From: Lama glama
Lineage: Eukaryota
Direction: 5' to 3'
DNA length: 64,000 nucleotides
NCBI GenBank assembly: GCA_028534125.1
Contig: CM052816.1
Span: 92,134,001 to 92,198,000, forward strand
A model generated the notes under the pieces. It did not search any database, was not told where the DNA came from, and worked only from the letters and a program-made list of their open reading frames with translations. Positions 11,130-21,985 of the stretch are shown here, one piece after another (position 1 is the stretch's first letter; every line of letters starts with the position of its first letter). The position numbers were made by a program, and so were the translations under genes.

Positions 11130-12630
11130 TACTAAGTTCAAAATATTTTCTAATTCATCTTGTGACGTCTTTAATCCATTAGTTATTGCAAATATTTTTC
11201 TTATTTATCAATGTTTGATGATTTTCTGGATTTATTTTATTGTAGTTTCCTAACTTAATTCTCTTAGGAGTAACATACAGTGTATTTCAATCCTATAAAG
11301 AGATGCTTTGTATCTATCTTGATAAATATTCCACATCTAATTGGAAAAATGTGTATTCTATAGCTGTTGAGTATAATATTCTAGATGATTGTGTTTGGGG
11401 TGTTAGAATTTTTCAATCAATCTAAATGATTTTTTTTGGTATGTGTGTTCTATTTTTATTGAGAATGTGGTGTTAATATCCTCCAGTTATTATTGTGGAA
11501 TTTTTAATTTGTCTCTTAGTTCTGTAATTTTTACTTTATGTATTTTGAAGCTCTGTCATAATGTGTATACATTTAGTAGAATTTTATATTCTTGATTAAT
11601 TGATGCTTTATCACTATGAAATCACTCTTTACCTCCAATAATACATCTTGCCTTGAAGTCTACATTGTGTGATGATGTATGGCACATGAGCGCTCATGTT
11701 TTGGATTACATTTATTGGGAGTCTATTATAAATAGCATGTGGTTGAATATTGCTTTTTTATCTAGTCTAACAATCTGTCTTCTACACAGAATTTTTAACA
11801 CATTTAGATTTAGCACCATTATTGACAAAATTGTGTTATTTGTATCATTTTGTTGTATGTTTTCATGTATTTGTAAAACTGTTTGTATTGTTGTATTGTA
11901 TTTGTGTTGTTTTATTATTTTGATCCTCATCTCTCAATCTCTCTTGGATTGATCAATTGTTTTTTTAAGTATTCCATTCGATTTTTTTCTATTAAATTTT
12001 TATTGACACTTTCATTAATATATGAAGTGATTTTTAGTGATTTTTCTAGAGATTATATTGTGCATCTTTAACTTATTACAGTCAACCTTGAATTAATATT
12101 GTATGACTCCTCATACAACATACAAATCTCACAACAGTTTAATTTCATGTATACCTTCTTCCACCTTTGTGCTAGTATTGCTGTGTATTTTATTTCCACA
12201 TCACAAACCCCTTGGTACACTGTTGATATTTTTGCTGTAAAAACTTTACAAGAATTTGAGTTGTTTGGTATTTTAAATAACTGCAGTGAATATATTAGAA
12301 TAAAATCAATATTCTTTTGAGAAGTTGGAGTTTGAAATTTAAAAAAATGTTTTCTCGTTGAGTAAGTGCAGTCTTGACCGAGAGTGTAATAGAGGTAAAT
12401 AAGGGAGTCACCCTAAGCTTCACATGGGTGTAGAGTTACACATCAGATTTTTCACCATTTGGTCTGTTGCACCAGTTGATCCTTATGGTATCATTTTTAC
12501 TGCAGTGTGTGAAGTTTGTATTGATTTTAGAGAGATGTTCTCTTCCTAGATACAATTTTAATGCAGTTTGTGATATATTCCTGCCTTGTTTTCTGTAAAG
12601 TTGATTGGCCCCATTTCAATGCATCCTGTA

Positions 12631-12646
12631 CACACAAGGGGGCAGA
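12631..12646 (+). promoter_or_regulatory. CTCF-like motif
   Basis: cacacaagggggcaga is close to the CCACnAGGGGGCAG consensus. Confidence 0.4.
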
Positions 12647-14759
12647 ATTAAACTAGTGGTGAGAATACAGATCCTGAGCTTTCTCATTTGCAAATAGTTC
12701 AGATTTCATATTTAATTTCCAACAATCACTTTCTATGTAGAATGTCCTACTTTTCCATTGAAACATATTTGTCTATCAGAAAGAGTCTAGTTAATGAGAT
12801 AATAGTTGTGCCTTAGAAACAAATGGTCTATTTTTATAGTTTCATTCTTGTTCTCGAATGTTTCTCATTTAAATATTATCTAAATCTTCATTTACCATTT
12901 GTGGTCTCTGGGAAAATGAGGACATGAGTAAAATGTAAGGACTTTTTCAATAAAATGAGAAAATAATGAGAATGCAGACTTTGGTTCTTTTCTGCCAAGA
13001 GAAGGATAAAATTGAAAAATGAACAAGACCTCAGAGTAAGCTTGAGAGCTGCAATCAGGCTAAATATGCTGATTTCTCAAAGATTTTCAAAAACTTCTCA
13101 AATATGCCTCTGTTTCTCAAAGGTAAAAATTCTTCATATATCTCTTCTCCTTATCCCAGGCATTTTTGAACTAGAACATTTGTTGCTGTCCTGGTCATCA
13201 TGACCCATCTTAAGCATTAAATGTATGATCATTGAAGGACTAAGGAGATTTGCTTTTCTGCTTTAAAATGTGCTTCCCAATGGTAGAGTACTCAATTCCC
13301 AGTACTTCCATTCAAAAAAAATTATTACAAATAAATAAATAAACCTAATTACCTCCCTCCAAAACACAACCAAACAAAAGCTAAAAAAAAAAACTATGTA
13401 AAAAAATTACTGATAAATGTGATCCTCCACCTGTTAGGAATTGAAATATAGGTTACCAGGAATAAAGCATTCTCTTCGGCATTTATTGCTGAGACTTAAG
13501 ATACAAATAATCATGGAGAAATGATTCACTGGCTTCAGTTCACATAGAGAAAAACTGAATGAAATCAAATTCCTTCCTTAGAGCGTGTTTTGATAAAACT
13601 GAGAGGGAGGAAAGATTAAGAAGAAAGTTCCACCTTTCAAAGGGAAGTTGAGGAAGAAACCAAGAAAATGGGTAACAACCCAGAAATGGAAATGGACTGA
13701 TGCTGGGGCAAATTAGTTATATCACAATTTAGCCTTGGGGAAAACCCACTAAGCAGCCTACTTTATTGTCAATTATTTCATGTCTCCTTTTAGAATACAT
13801 TTTACTGAAAACTGATACAGAAATGTAATGTGTCTGATGCTCGACATGATAGAATAACATTGATATTTATTCCTCTTAATTCAAACTTTCACGTGCAATT
13901 TTTTGTTAGGCACCAGTAACGTGATTTATAAAGCTACCAATTTTTTTTTTAAATTGTGAAGATCGTACATAAAAATATAATAAACATAGCACTGAAAACT
14001 AAGACTATAGACATACAGAAGTATGCCACACTGTATCTTGTATTTTGTAATTTTAAACATATTTCCTTGGTTCAATTAAAATAGAATTTTCAGAAGGATA
14101 ATAATCTCAAAACAGTTACTATTCTGTTATTAACTCGGGGGAATAATTAGAAAGCAAGCTTCATAATTCCCTCTTGTGTGTAGAAGAGCTGAATATCAAC
14201 AGTACCTTAAAAGATGAAATAAATGAGACATAAACAAAGACAATGCCTGGAGAAAATTTGAATGGAGCTAAAAAACAAGCAACATGGCTTCGGATTCCCA
14301 ACTATCCACTGGTTAACAGAGATCATTTCCTGCCCCATTTTTGTATTTTAGAATGTAATCACGAGGGCAAGTTTCACAATTACCAGATTCTTTCAGAATG
14401 TTTAATTTTAACGTTTAAAAAACTCTATCCAACTGCTTAAAAAAGCAAGCTGATTAAACTTGCCCGTTTGCCAGGAAAACTACCTTAATGGGTACTTTTT
14501 TTTGCTAATTATTTTAGGAAGGTCTCATTTGATATAAAATAATTTATTAGGTCACATTCATTAGGCTTTTAATATTTGGTCTTTAATAGTATCTCTTTTT
14601 CCCTTTCCTCCCATACCAAGACAAGATACTCTCTCTTAATTCTTTCAACTAATATAATCCATGTCAACATTGAGATTAAAGATGCATTCAGTTGAGGCAC
14701 TTGAGGAAAGAATAATACAGATGAGGCACGGAAATCAGCAGTTTACATATTCAGAATCC

Positions 14760-15120
14760 TTGCACTAATATTTCTCATTCAATCCTCATGCATGTCATCA
14801 CCGTAAAGTCAGCAGATAAAGTATTATGACCCCAGTTTATAGTGTAGAAATGGAGGCCCAGAGTTCAGTGATTTGCTGAGTTTACAGGGCTAGTAGAAGA
14901 GCTGGAATATCAGCCTGGGTTCTCTGGCTTTATTATTTAAAGATACTACCAATAATAACTAACATTCACTCAGCTCCTACTCTGTGCCAAGCACTATTCT
15001 AAACACTTCACACGGGTGATTACACTTAATCCTCAAAACAAGCCCATTATTTGTATCCCTATTTTACAGAAGACAAAACAGAGGCAAGAGGAGTTGAAGT
15101 AACATATTTGGTGCAGAAGA
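14760..15120 (-). mobile_element. Two MIR SINE fragments
   Basis: agaaatggaggcccagag and aataataactaacattcactcagc..ctactctgtgccaagcactattctaaacactt..cctattttacag. Confidence 0.75.
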
Positions 15121-16239
15121 TGGGGTTTGCTCCTCATGCTTTGGCCACGCTGCACATTGGAACATTTTCATTGCCACGTTTCATTTCATTGCGGAAAACT
15201 GGCCATCTTCTCATCTTCCCTGATTTTCTTTCCTCTTCTGAATCGAGGCTGTCATGAAGGTTATCAGACACAGGCGTTGATCTATCTTCTTTTTCTCTTC
15301 TCTCAGTTCTCTCATCTGGGGAACCGAACCCCAGCATTGGGAAGAAGGCTAGAATTCCAGCCCCAGCCTGCCACAGTCAGGTGTTGCCTTGGGTAAGGGG
15401 TGCAAACTCCTCTAGACCTTAACTTTCTCTAACGTGAAGATCTAGTTCACTCTAAAGGGAAGGGGTTAGAATCAGTGATTTATAAAGTCTCTTTCCATTC
15501 TCACACCCACAGAGTGATGCTTTTGAAATCCACTCTTTGTATTTTTGAAAGAAAGGTTATTTTTGGTTTAATTTTTTCAATTGTGCTGGGTAGTGTCCAA
15601 CTTTAAAAGCTGTATAATTATTGTACCAAGTAGGAAGATGAAATGTATTTGGCTTAACAAAACTTCACTAAGCACCTAACAAAAAATATTTTAGGATAGC
15701 AACTGCATAAGACAATATACAAGGAGCCAACCCATAAGTTATCTGTTCCCTAGAAGGAAGTAAGGAGAACATCAATAAGATGCCATTAGATAAGATTTTC
15801 AAAGTACAGCTTCATTTTAATGAAGTCCAGAATGAGGTCTGTAACTAATGAAGCTAACTCTGATTACCTCAAGTGCAAACTTCTTTCTGATGTTCAAGGT
15901 AGGGTTGTGGTGATAACGTAGGCCATTATGGAAGGTCAGAGAAAAAGTCATGTATCTATTGAATAATTTAAAGTTACACCCATTTTAGTCATTACATCTT
16001 TCAAGAAGGTACAGTAAGAAAGAGAATAGGTTAGAACCAGTTTATATGGATCAAACTCTTCCTACTACAGAAAATGTTACATGAGAGACACTGCATATAT
16101 TAGAAATAAGAAAGAATTTGAAAGTAAAAGACCTAATTTGAAATTCTGGCATTATTTCTAATTATTTCTCTTTGGGCAAGTTTCTTAATTTTTCTGTCTC
16201 AGTTTTCTGTCTTGTCTACCCCACAAGGCTCAATTCTGG

Positions 16240-17395
16240 ACTCCCTTTTGTTTTCATTGTATATTTGGCACCTGAGAGATCTTACTTTCTGACTTTTTAA
16301 ATGCCATCTATATGTTAACAACTCAAAACTGTATTCTCCCTTCTGGAGTTTTCCCTGCCCTCCAAACATATACATCTAATTCTGAGTTTGACATCTCCAT
16401 ATTGATGCCTGATAGACATCTCAAACTTAAAAGTCAAATTTCTGAATTAAGTTCCTCTCCCTTAACCTAGAATATTCTTTATTTTATAAAATAGTAACTC
16501 CTGTTGCTCAGATCAAAAACCTAGAGTCATTCTGGATTCCTGTCTTCTCATACTTCACATTCAACCCATCACCAAATCCTGTTGGTTTTACCTCCAAAAT
16601 ATGTACAGAATCCAACCCTTTCTCACCAGCTCTATTTCTAGCGCTCTGATTTGAGCCATCAGCCTCTCTCATGTGGCTCTTGCATAAGTCTGCTGATTGA
16701 TCTGCCCTCTTTAGCCCTTGCCACCCATATTTGTTTCCTGTGTCTGTCATTGCAAGGTGCCACCAACTGAGTGGCTTGAAACAATAGAAATGTATTGACT
16801 CACAGTTCTGGAAGCTAGAGGTCTAAACTCAAGGTGTGAGCAGGGCCATGCTCTCTTTGAGACTCTGGGTAGAGTCCTTCTTTGCCCCTTTCTAGCTTCT
16901 GGTGGTCGCCTACCATCCCCGGCCTTCCTTGGCTTACAGTTACATTCCTTCTGTCCCTGCCGCTGTCCTCACATGGCGTTCTCCCTGTATGTCTGGGTCC
17001 TTGTTTCCTCTTCTTATAAAACACCAGGCACGTTGGATCTGTTCCAAAGGGCTAAGTCTGATGATACCTGAACTTGGTTTCATCTGCAAATACTTGATTT
17101 CCAGGTGTCGTATTCATAGGCACTGGGAGTTCAATCTTCAGCACATCTTTTGGAGGGGACACAATTCAACTCATGACACCAACTTTCAGAACACCCTCAA
17201 TTCATCAGTCAGAGTGACCTGCCTGATTAGTCTCCTCAGCTCTTACCAGCACAAGATATTCTCTATTTATCTGTTTATTTGTTTCCCTCGCTTGACTGTA
17301 AGAACAGATACACTGTTCTATACACTTTTTTTTTTACTTAAAGCATAATAGGCACTCAATAATAGTTACTGAACAAACAAGTGGATTTGAACAAG
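16240..17395 (+). mobile_element. L2 fragment interrupted by an MLT1C-like LTR (16741-17178, minus strand)
   Basis: gacatctcc..ttgatg..tagacatctcaaactta is L2; cacagttctggaagctagaggtc...ggaggggacacaattcaac is MLT1C. Confidence 0.8.
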
Positions 17396-17510
17396 CATAA
17401 CGTGAGAGTATTTTAAGTAATTAAGGAAAGACAGATTTTCTTGTAGTCATGATAATAAGTAACAATCAGGATCATTTTTAAACCTGCTCAATTGATCGAC
17501 AACCACTTAC

Positions 17511-17705
17511 CTCCTGTAAACAGACTTTTGCACATCAACCGATCATCACCAGCCCACTGCTTCTGAAAAAGTTGAGCCAGTCAGAGATGGACTCGTTACA
17601 ATGACAGTGTCCCTAAGGGTTCGCCAGTCAGCAAAAGTGTGTCCTGAATAACCACACTTCTGCTGATGACATGAGCCCACTTGGACCTCTGAAAGTCATC
17701 AGTCC
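17511..17705 (-). other. Candidate non-coding internal exon
   Basis: Minus-strand acceptor ctctctttcag| and perfect donor GAG|gtaagt; 195 nt; stops in all three frames. Confidence 0.35.
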
Positions 17706-18109
17706 CTGAAAGAGAGGCTGTCTGATCAATACAGCCCCCTTTTCCTAGAGTCAGCAATAAGCCTCATGTCTTTTCCCTTCAGATATTAAGTAGTGGTCTT
17801 ACCATCCTCTGACAAATGTATGTATAAAAAAATTACGAGACACTTTGGGAAAACACAAGGCGCTTCATATATGTCATTTAACATTTAACATTATAATACT
17901 CTTGTGCCTTAAGAATGCTTAATTGTTAGAAAAAATAGACATCTTATTTACATATTAACTTGTTCAGAAACTACATTCTCATCAAGTAATCCCACTTTAT
18001 TATTCATTTATTACTACTAATTTAATCAGGGTGGTTATTCATTTTATTTATTTATCATGAAGTCAAAATTGTACAACCACCGCCAATAATTATAATAACA
18101 TTATATAAT

Positions 18110-18350
18110 AAATAATGGTAATGTTATTATAGCATGTCAGGTGGCACCTCTTCTAGGCACTCTGCATCTTCTACATTATCTAACTCTCACCACAATCCTA
18201 TGGATTAGGTGCTCTTATCAAGCCAGTTTTCGTCACTGAACTAGACTGAATCTCAGTTTAATTTTGTATGATTACACAGTTAGTATGTGATGGAAAGGGC
18301 TTTGAATTCAGATTTTATCCCCAGTTTTTCCTACTACACAGCAGTGCCTC
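18110..18350 (-). mobile_element. MIR fragment
   Basis: ctctcaccacaatcctatgga.taggtgctcttat...acacagttagta...tttgaattcaga. Confidence 0.65.
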
Positions 18351-19882
18351 TTTAGAAAGGGATCGACTGTTTAATTCTTTCAGTTACTTTCCATCCGTGA
18401 TGAGGATGGGGCCTCTCTTGTTGTTCAACCACTTTCTTTCTCTCTGTGTCTCTGTCTCTCTCTGTTTCTCTCTTCCTCCGTCTCTCCATTTCTTCCTTCT
18501 CCCTTTCTCTATCTCCCTTCCTTCCTCCCTCCTTTGAATTCTTTCCAGTAAAGGAACCCTTGTCTCCTGACACTTTGTCCAGTTGAGCGATTCGAGCTCC
18601 AATCACAAGAAACTGGCAGGTTGGATACCGTCCAAAACTGCTAGGTCCTCTGAGGATTCAAGATTGGGCTTCGTGGAGGAGATTTCCTGGAAGAAACGTC
18701 ACATCCATTATTTTCAGTTTTCGCTTTGGAAAGGTTGCCTGGAGAATGTCACCGAACACCAAATTTAACCTTTCAGTGATATTTGATATGAGGATAAATG
18801 AAACAGTCTATAAAGCTTGGACCTCCCTAAAATAAAGACGTTAAATAAATCCAGCAAATGTGCTGGAGCTGTTTGGGAGTTTTCATGACTAACTTAATGG
18901 GTTGGAAGCAAAGTGCTCAACTGTTCCAACTACACAATTCACTGTTATGATATAGTTGTTGAATCTGTGGATGGGAATAACTGGCTCAAGCGTGGTTAGA
19001 GTTTTAGGTGACTTGAACGTGACCCTTGGCCTTGAGTGAGCTGGCATAAGACAGTCTGGGAAATTCTTCGACCTTCTTGAGAAATCAGCTCAAGTGTAAC
19101 TCCTCTTCCAGAGGGCCTCACAGACCTCCCTTCACTCCCTCCCGGGGATGAGTTACGGGCCTCTCCTTGGGGCTACCTAGCCCGTCAGCTCACGATACTG
19201 AAATGTTCTGTTCTTTGGGTTCTTCTCTAGAGGACTGCGAATTTCTCAAGGGAGGATCGATTGCGTATCTTTGCATCCTCAGTGCCTAATCCGGCACCAC
19301 TGAGAGTCTTTGTAAAGGTATGTTTTTTATGTACCTCTTAAGTCTACACCATTGACAAGATCTGTCTTACAGGTAAGCAGGGGGAGTATGTTCCTTGCAA
19401 TAAATATAAGACCTGGTAGGGCTCACTGTGTGCTTTTGAATCTTTTCTCTATTTGGAGAGAGAAAAAAGGCTGAAAGAGGAGATTGAAGAAGAAAAATGA
19501 AAACAAGCATTCCAGTATGAATGCGATGAGCGCTGACTTTTGAGACCTCCTAGACTTCCAGTTAATGCTAACCCCAACTGATGACCCCTTTTGTGATTCT
19601 GAGGATTCCAGAAGGTCTTCTGAGACCAGAGTCTCCCGCTCCACCAACAGAAGAACTAGAGTGTCTGCTTTGAGCACAGACTGCAATCTAAGCTAAGAAA
19701 ATCCTAACAGGTGAGCTGACCAGAGAATACCTTTATGGGCAATCTGATTTTTCTGGAGAAACAATGCTAACATATCAGATACTAGAGACTTTGGACATCA
19801 GAGTAGAGTCGAATTAGGATTCAATGTATGGCACAGACTCATTAGAACTCAAGGACAACCCTATTTCCAAAACATTTCTCTA

Positions 19883-21150
19883 CAGAGGTGGTTTTCTACC
19901 AGACAGCGTTTTGGAAAGTACAGAGGGTATCTTTGGCTGTGGCAGTCTCTGGAGGAGGAGATGCTACTGGCATTTAGTGGGTAAGACCAAGGATGTTTCA
20001 TGGCCTTCGGTTCACGGGAAAGTCCTGCATCACAAGAATTATCCCAAACTGCACATGATTTTCAAAAGCCTTCCCAGACAGTTATGAGGAGAAACTCCTC
20101 TTTATTCTAACATCTCCATTTTACCTATAGAGATGATGTTTATAATTTGTAGCAGTTCTGGCCTATAAAGTCATCATGAAGGCTGAACTATCAACTACTA
20201 CACCATTGCTCCAAAGGGAAATACAGAGTTTGTTTCCTTTGAGCCTCTGGTCACTGCATTTTCATCAACCCATCAATACATAACCTTGTTTTACATCTAT
20301 TTCTGTTTAAAGACATCCTATTTATTGCTGACTTGTTACCATCAAACTTACAGCCAATGGCACTATACTCACGCCTGAACAAAGCTTCTCTAACTCCCAA
20401 GTTCCCTCCATAGGGCACGTCACAGCCCCCTCATGCTTAGGAACACTAGACAGTACTTCAGCACTGTGCTTTGAGGGGAATTTAAACAGCAAAATCACCA
20501 ACCAAAAGCACAAAAATGTGAAACACATGGCACTAAATAGGCTACGAAAAGGACACCTGATTTCAGTACAAGAGTTGAAGCAAGAAGACAGAGCCTTGTT
20601 TTCCCACCTCTGCTGGGAATGTGCACATTAGTGACTCAAATGTTGGCCACTCTGCCCACGTTCAGCAAAGACTGCAAAAGCACTGCCAGTGACAATTGAT
20701 GGGTTACAAATTAATTTGGGCAAGTAGCAAAATTCGTAAATATGGAATTCACAAATAATGAGGGTTGACTGCATATATAAATTACTTTTGCACAGTCTTA
20801 ATTTATAATGAATTTCTCAGAAATGAACAATAAAACCCAAAGGAATGTTGTACTTTGGCTTGGGACTTTACCAAATGTTGGTCCATCTTTTGGAACTCAT
20901 GTTACTGAAGGCAACACTGCTAATAATATTTGAGTCCCCAGAACAACACACCAATATCACGCTGCATTTGGAGCGATACCATCCATGTAGTTCTCTGTGC
21001 AGGTACAAGCAGCTGTCTATTTTCCAGCATGGCTGTAGATGAGCATTTATATATTGAAATATAAAACATTTCAGTGTAAGTCTGTGTCCTTTCGAGTATC
21101 TCTAATCTACTCACCTGAAATTGAGACAAACACAACTCACCTAGTTAGTG
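19883..21150. mobile_element. hAT-Charlie (MER20B-like) element with nested MER82-like Tigger (~20150-20772, minus strand)
   Basis: atgctactggcatttagtgggtaagaccaaggatg is MER20-type; aaatatggaattcacaaataatgagggttgactg is a MER82 terminus. Confidence 0.6.
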
Positions 21151-21299
21151 CGTACCTGTCCTCTTATATTTTATTTTGTATAGAACTCTTTTCTATTTCC
21201 TTTTAAACATAAGAATTAGACATTGTTTTTACAGCTAAAACTTGGTCTACCCAGAATTTTGTGCTCATGGGTTCCTGTTTCGCTTTGCATCCTACTTTT

Positions 21300-21985
21300 T
21301 TTGTCTGAGTTACCTTATGCCCTTAATTAGTTTTTTCAGTGGAGAACTGTGGCAGGCGCACTCCAGATACTTGGTAATGTCTTCATTTAATCCTCATGCA
21401 CAAAGCACATCTTAATAGAATGTAGTATTTCAGGTCAAAACATATTTTCCCTCAACACTCTGAGGATATTATCCCACTATCTTTTTATCATCTATTTTCA
21501 TTGTGGAGAAAATTGCTGTCAGTCTAACTGTGGTTCATTTGCAGGTAATCTGCATTTCTTGTCTAATAAGTTTAAGATTTTAAGATTGCTTCTTTTCCTT
21601 TGGTTGCTCATAAGATTTTCTCCTAATGTTTGCAATATCATGTTGTGTTTGGTGTGAATTGATTTTTATTTATCCCGCTCAGCATTCAGTTTACACTTTG
21701 AATCTGAGGACCCTTATGGTGTCTTAATTTCTAGAAGTTTCTTTGACCTTATATTTTCAAAGTTATTCTTTCATCATTATAATAATAGATTTATATAATA
21801 ACATGTATGTTATATATAATAATAAACAACATTATATATTATGATATACTTCTATAATAAAATAAATCTACCTGATTTATTTTAAGAAATTGACTCACAA
21901 GATTATGGGGGATGGCAGATGTGAAATCTGGGCAAGTTGGCAAGTTGGCAGCTCAGGTAAGTGTTGATGTTGGAATCTTGAGTCA
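21300..21985 (-). mobile_element. Old L1 fragment followed by an MLT2-like LTR piece
   Basis: ttttccctcaacactctgaggatattatcccact...gctgtcagtctaa is L1; gatttattttaagaaattgactcacaagattatggggg is MLT2. Confidence 0.6.

Larger units (their letters stand above)
9000..12245 (-). mobile_element. Old L1M fragments (host to nested insertions)
   Basis: T-rich antisense L1 sequence, e.g. ctgtgctttggttgcatcccataaatttt...gttcaaaatattttctaatt and tatgtattttgaagctctgt. Confidence 0.75.
4885..12483 (-). pseudogene. Candidate endogenous mononegavirus-like L fragment, copy B: N-terminus to conserved region IV, split by L1, L2 and MLT insertions
   Basis: Minus strand, in order: LHPCEA*GDSLI (~12433; cf. LYPEVHLDSPI); WYKP (8972-8961; cf. 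WYRP/WFEP); ADANFNR..WIQG(D)..SYQT*KSFNP (7674-7500; cf. DxxxxR..YxxGD..YxxxKxxEP); L*DKSA (~7090-7073); IRILEA (~6995); HLRGQE..*LITLEPGL (5834-5766); TGGP*VII (~5357-5334, possibly a decayed QGDNQVI); IGGF*IMKILLVFSYNIVN (from 4934; ungapped against Sendai VGGFNYMSTSRCFVRNIGD). Segment 7290-7810 is visibly homologous to 3600-4150 of copy A. Confidence 0.55.

Noticed and set aside
12700..12800. Minus-strand CFNGKV..IVEI resembling the paramyxovirus HN C-terminus
   Set aside because: Too short, and it needs a frameshift; not supportable.
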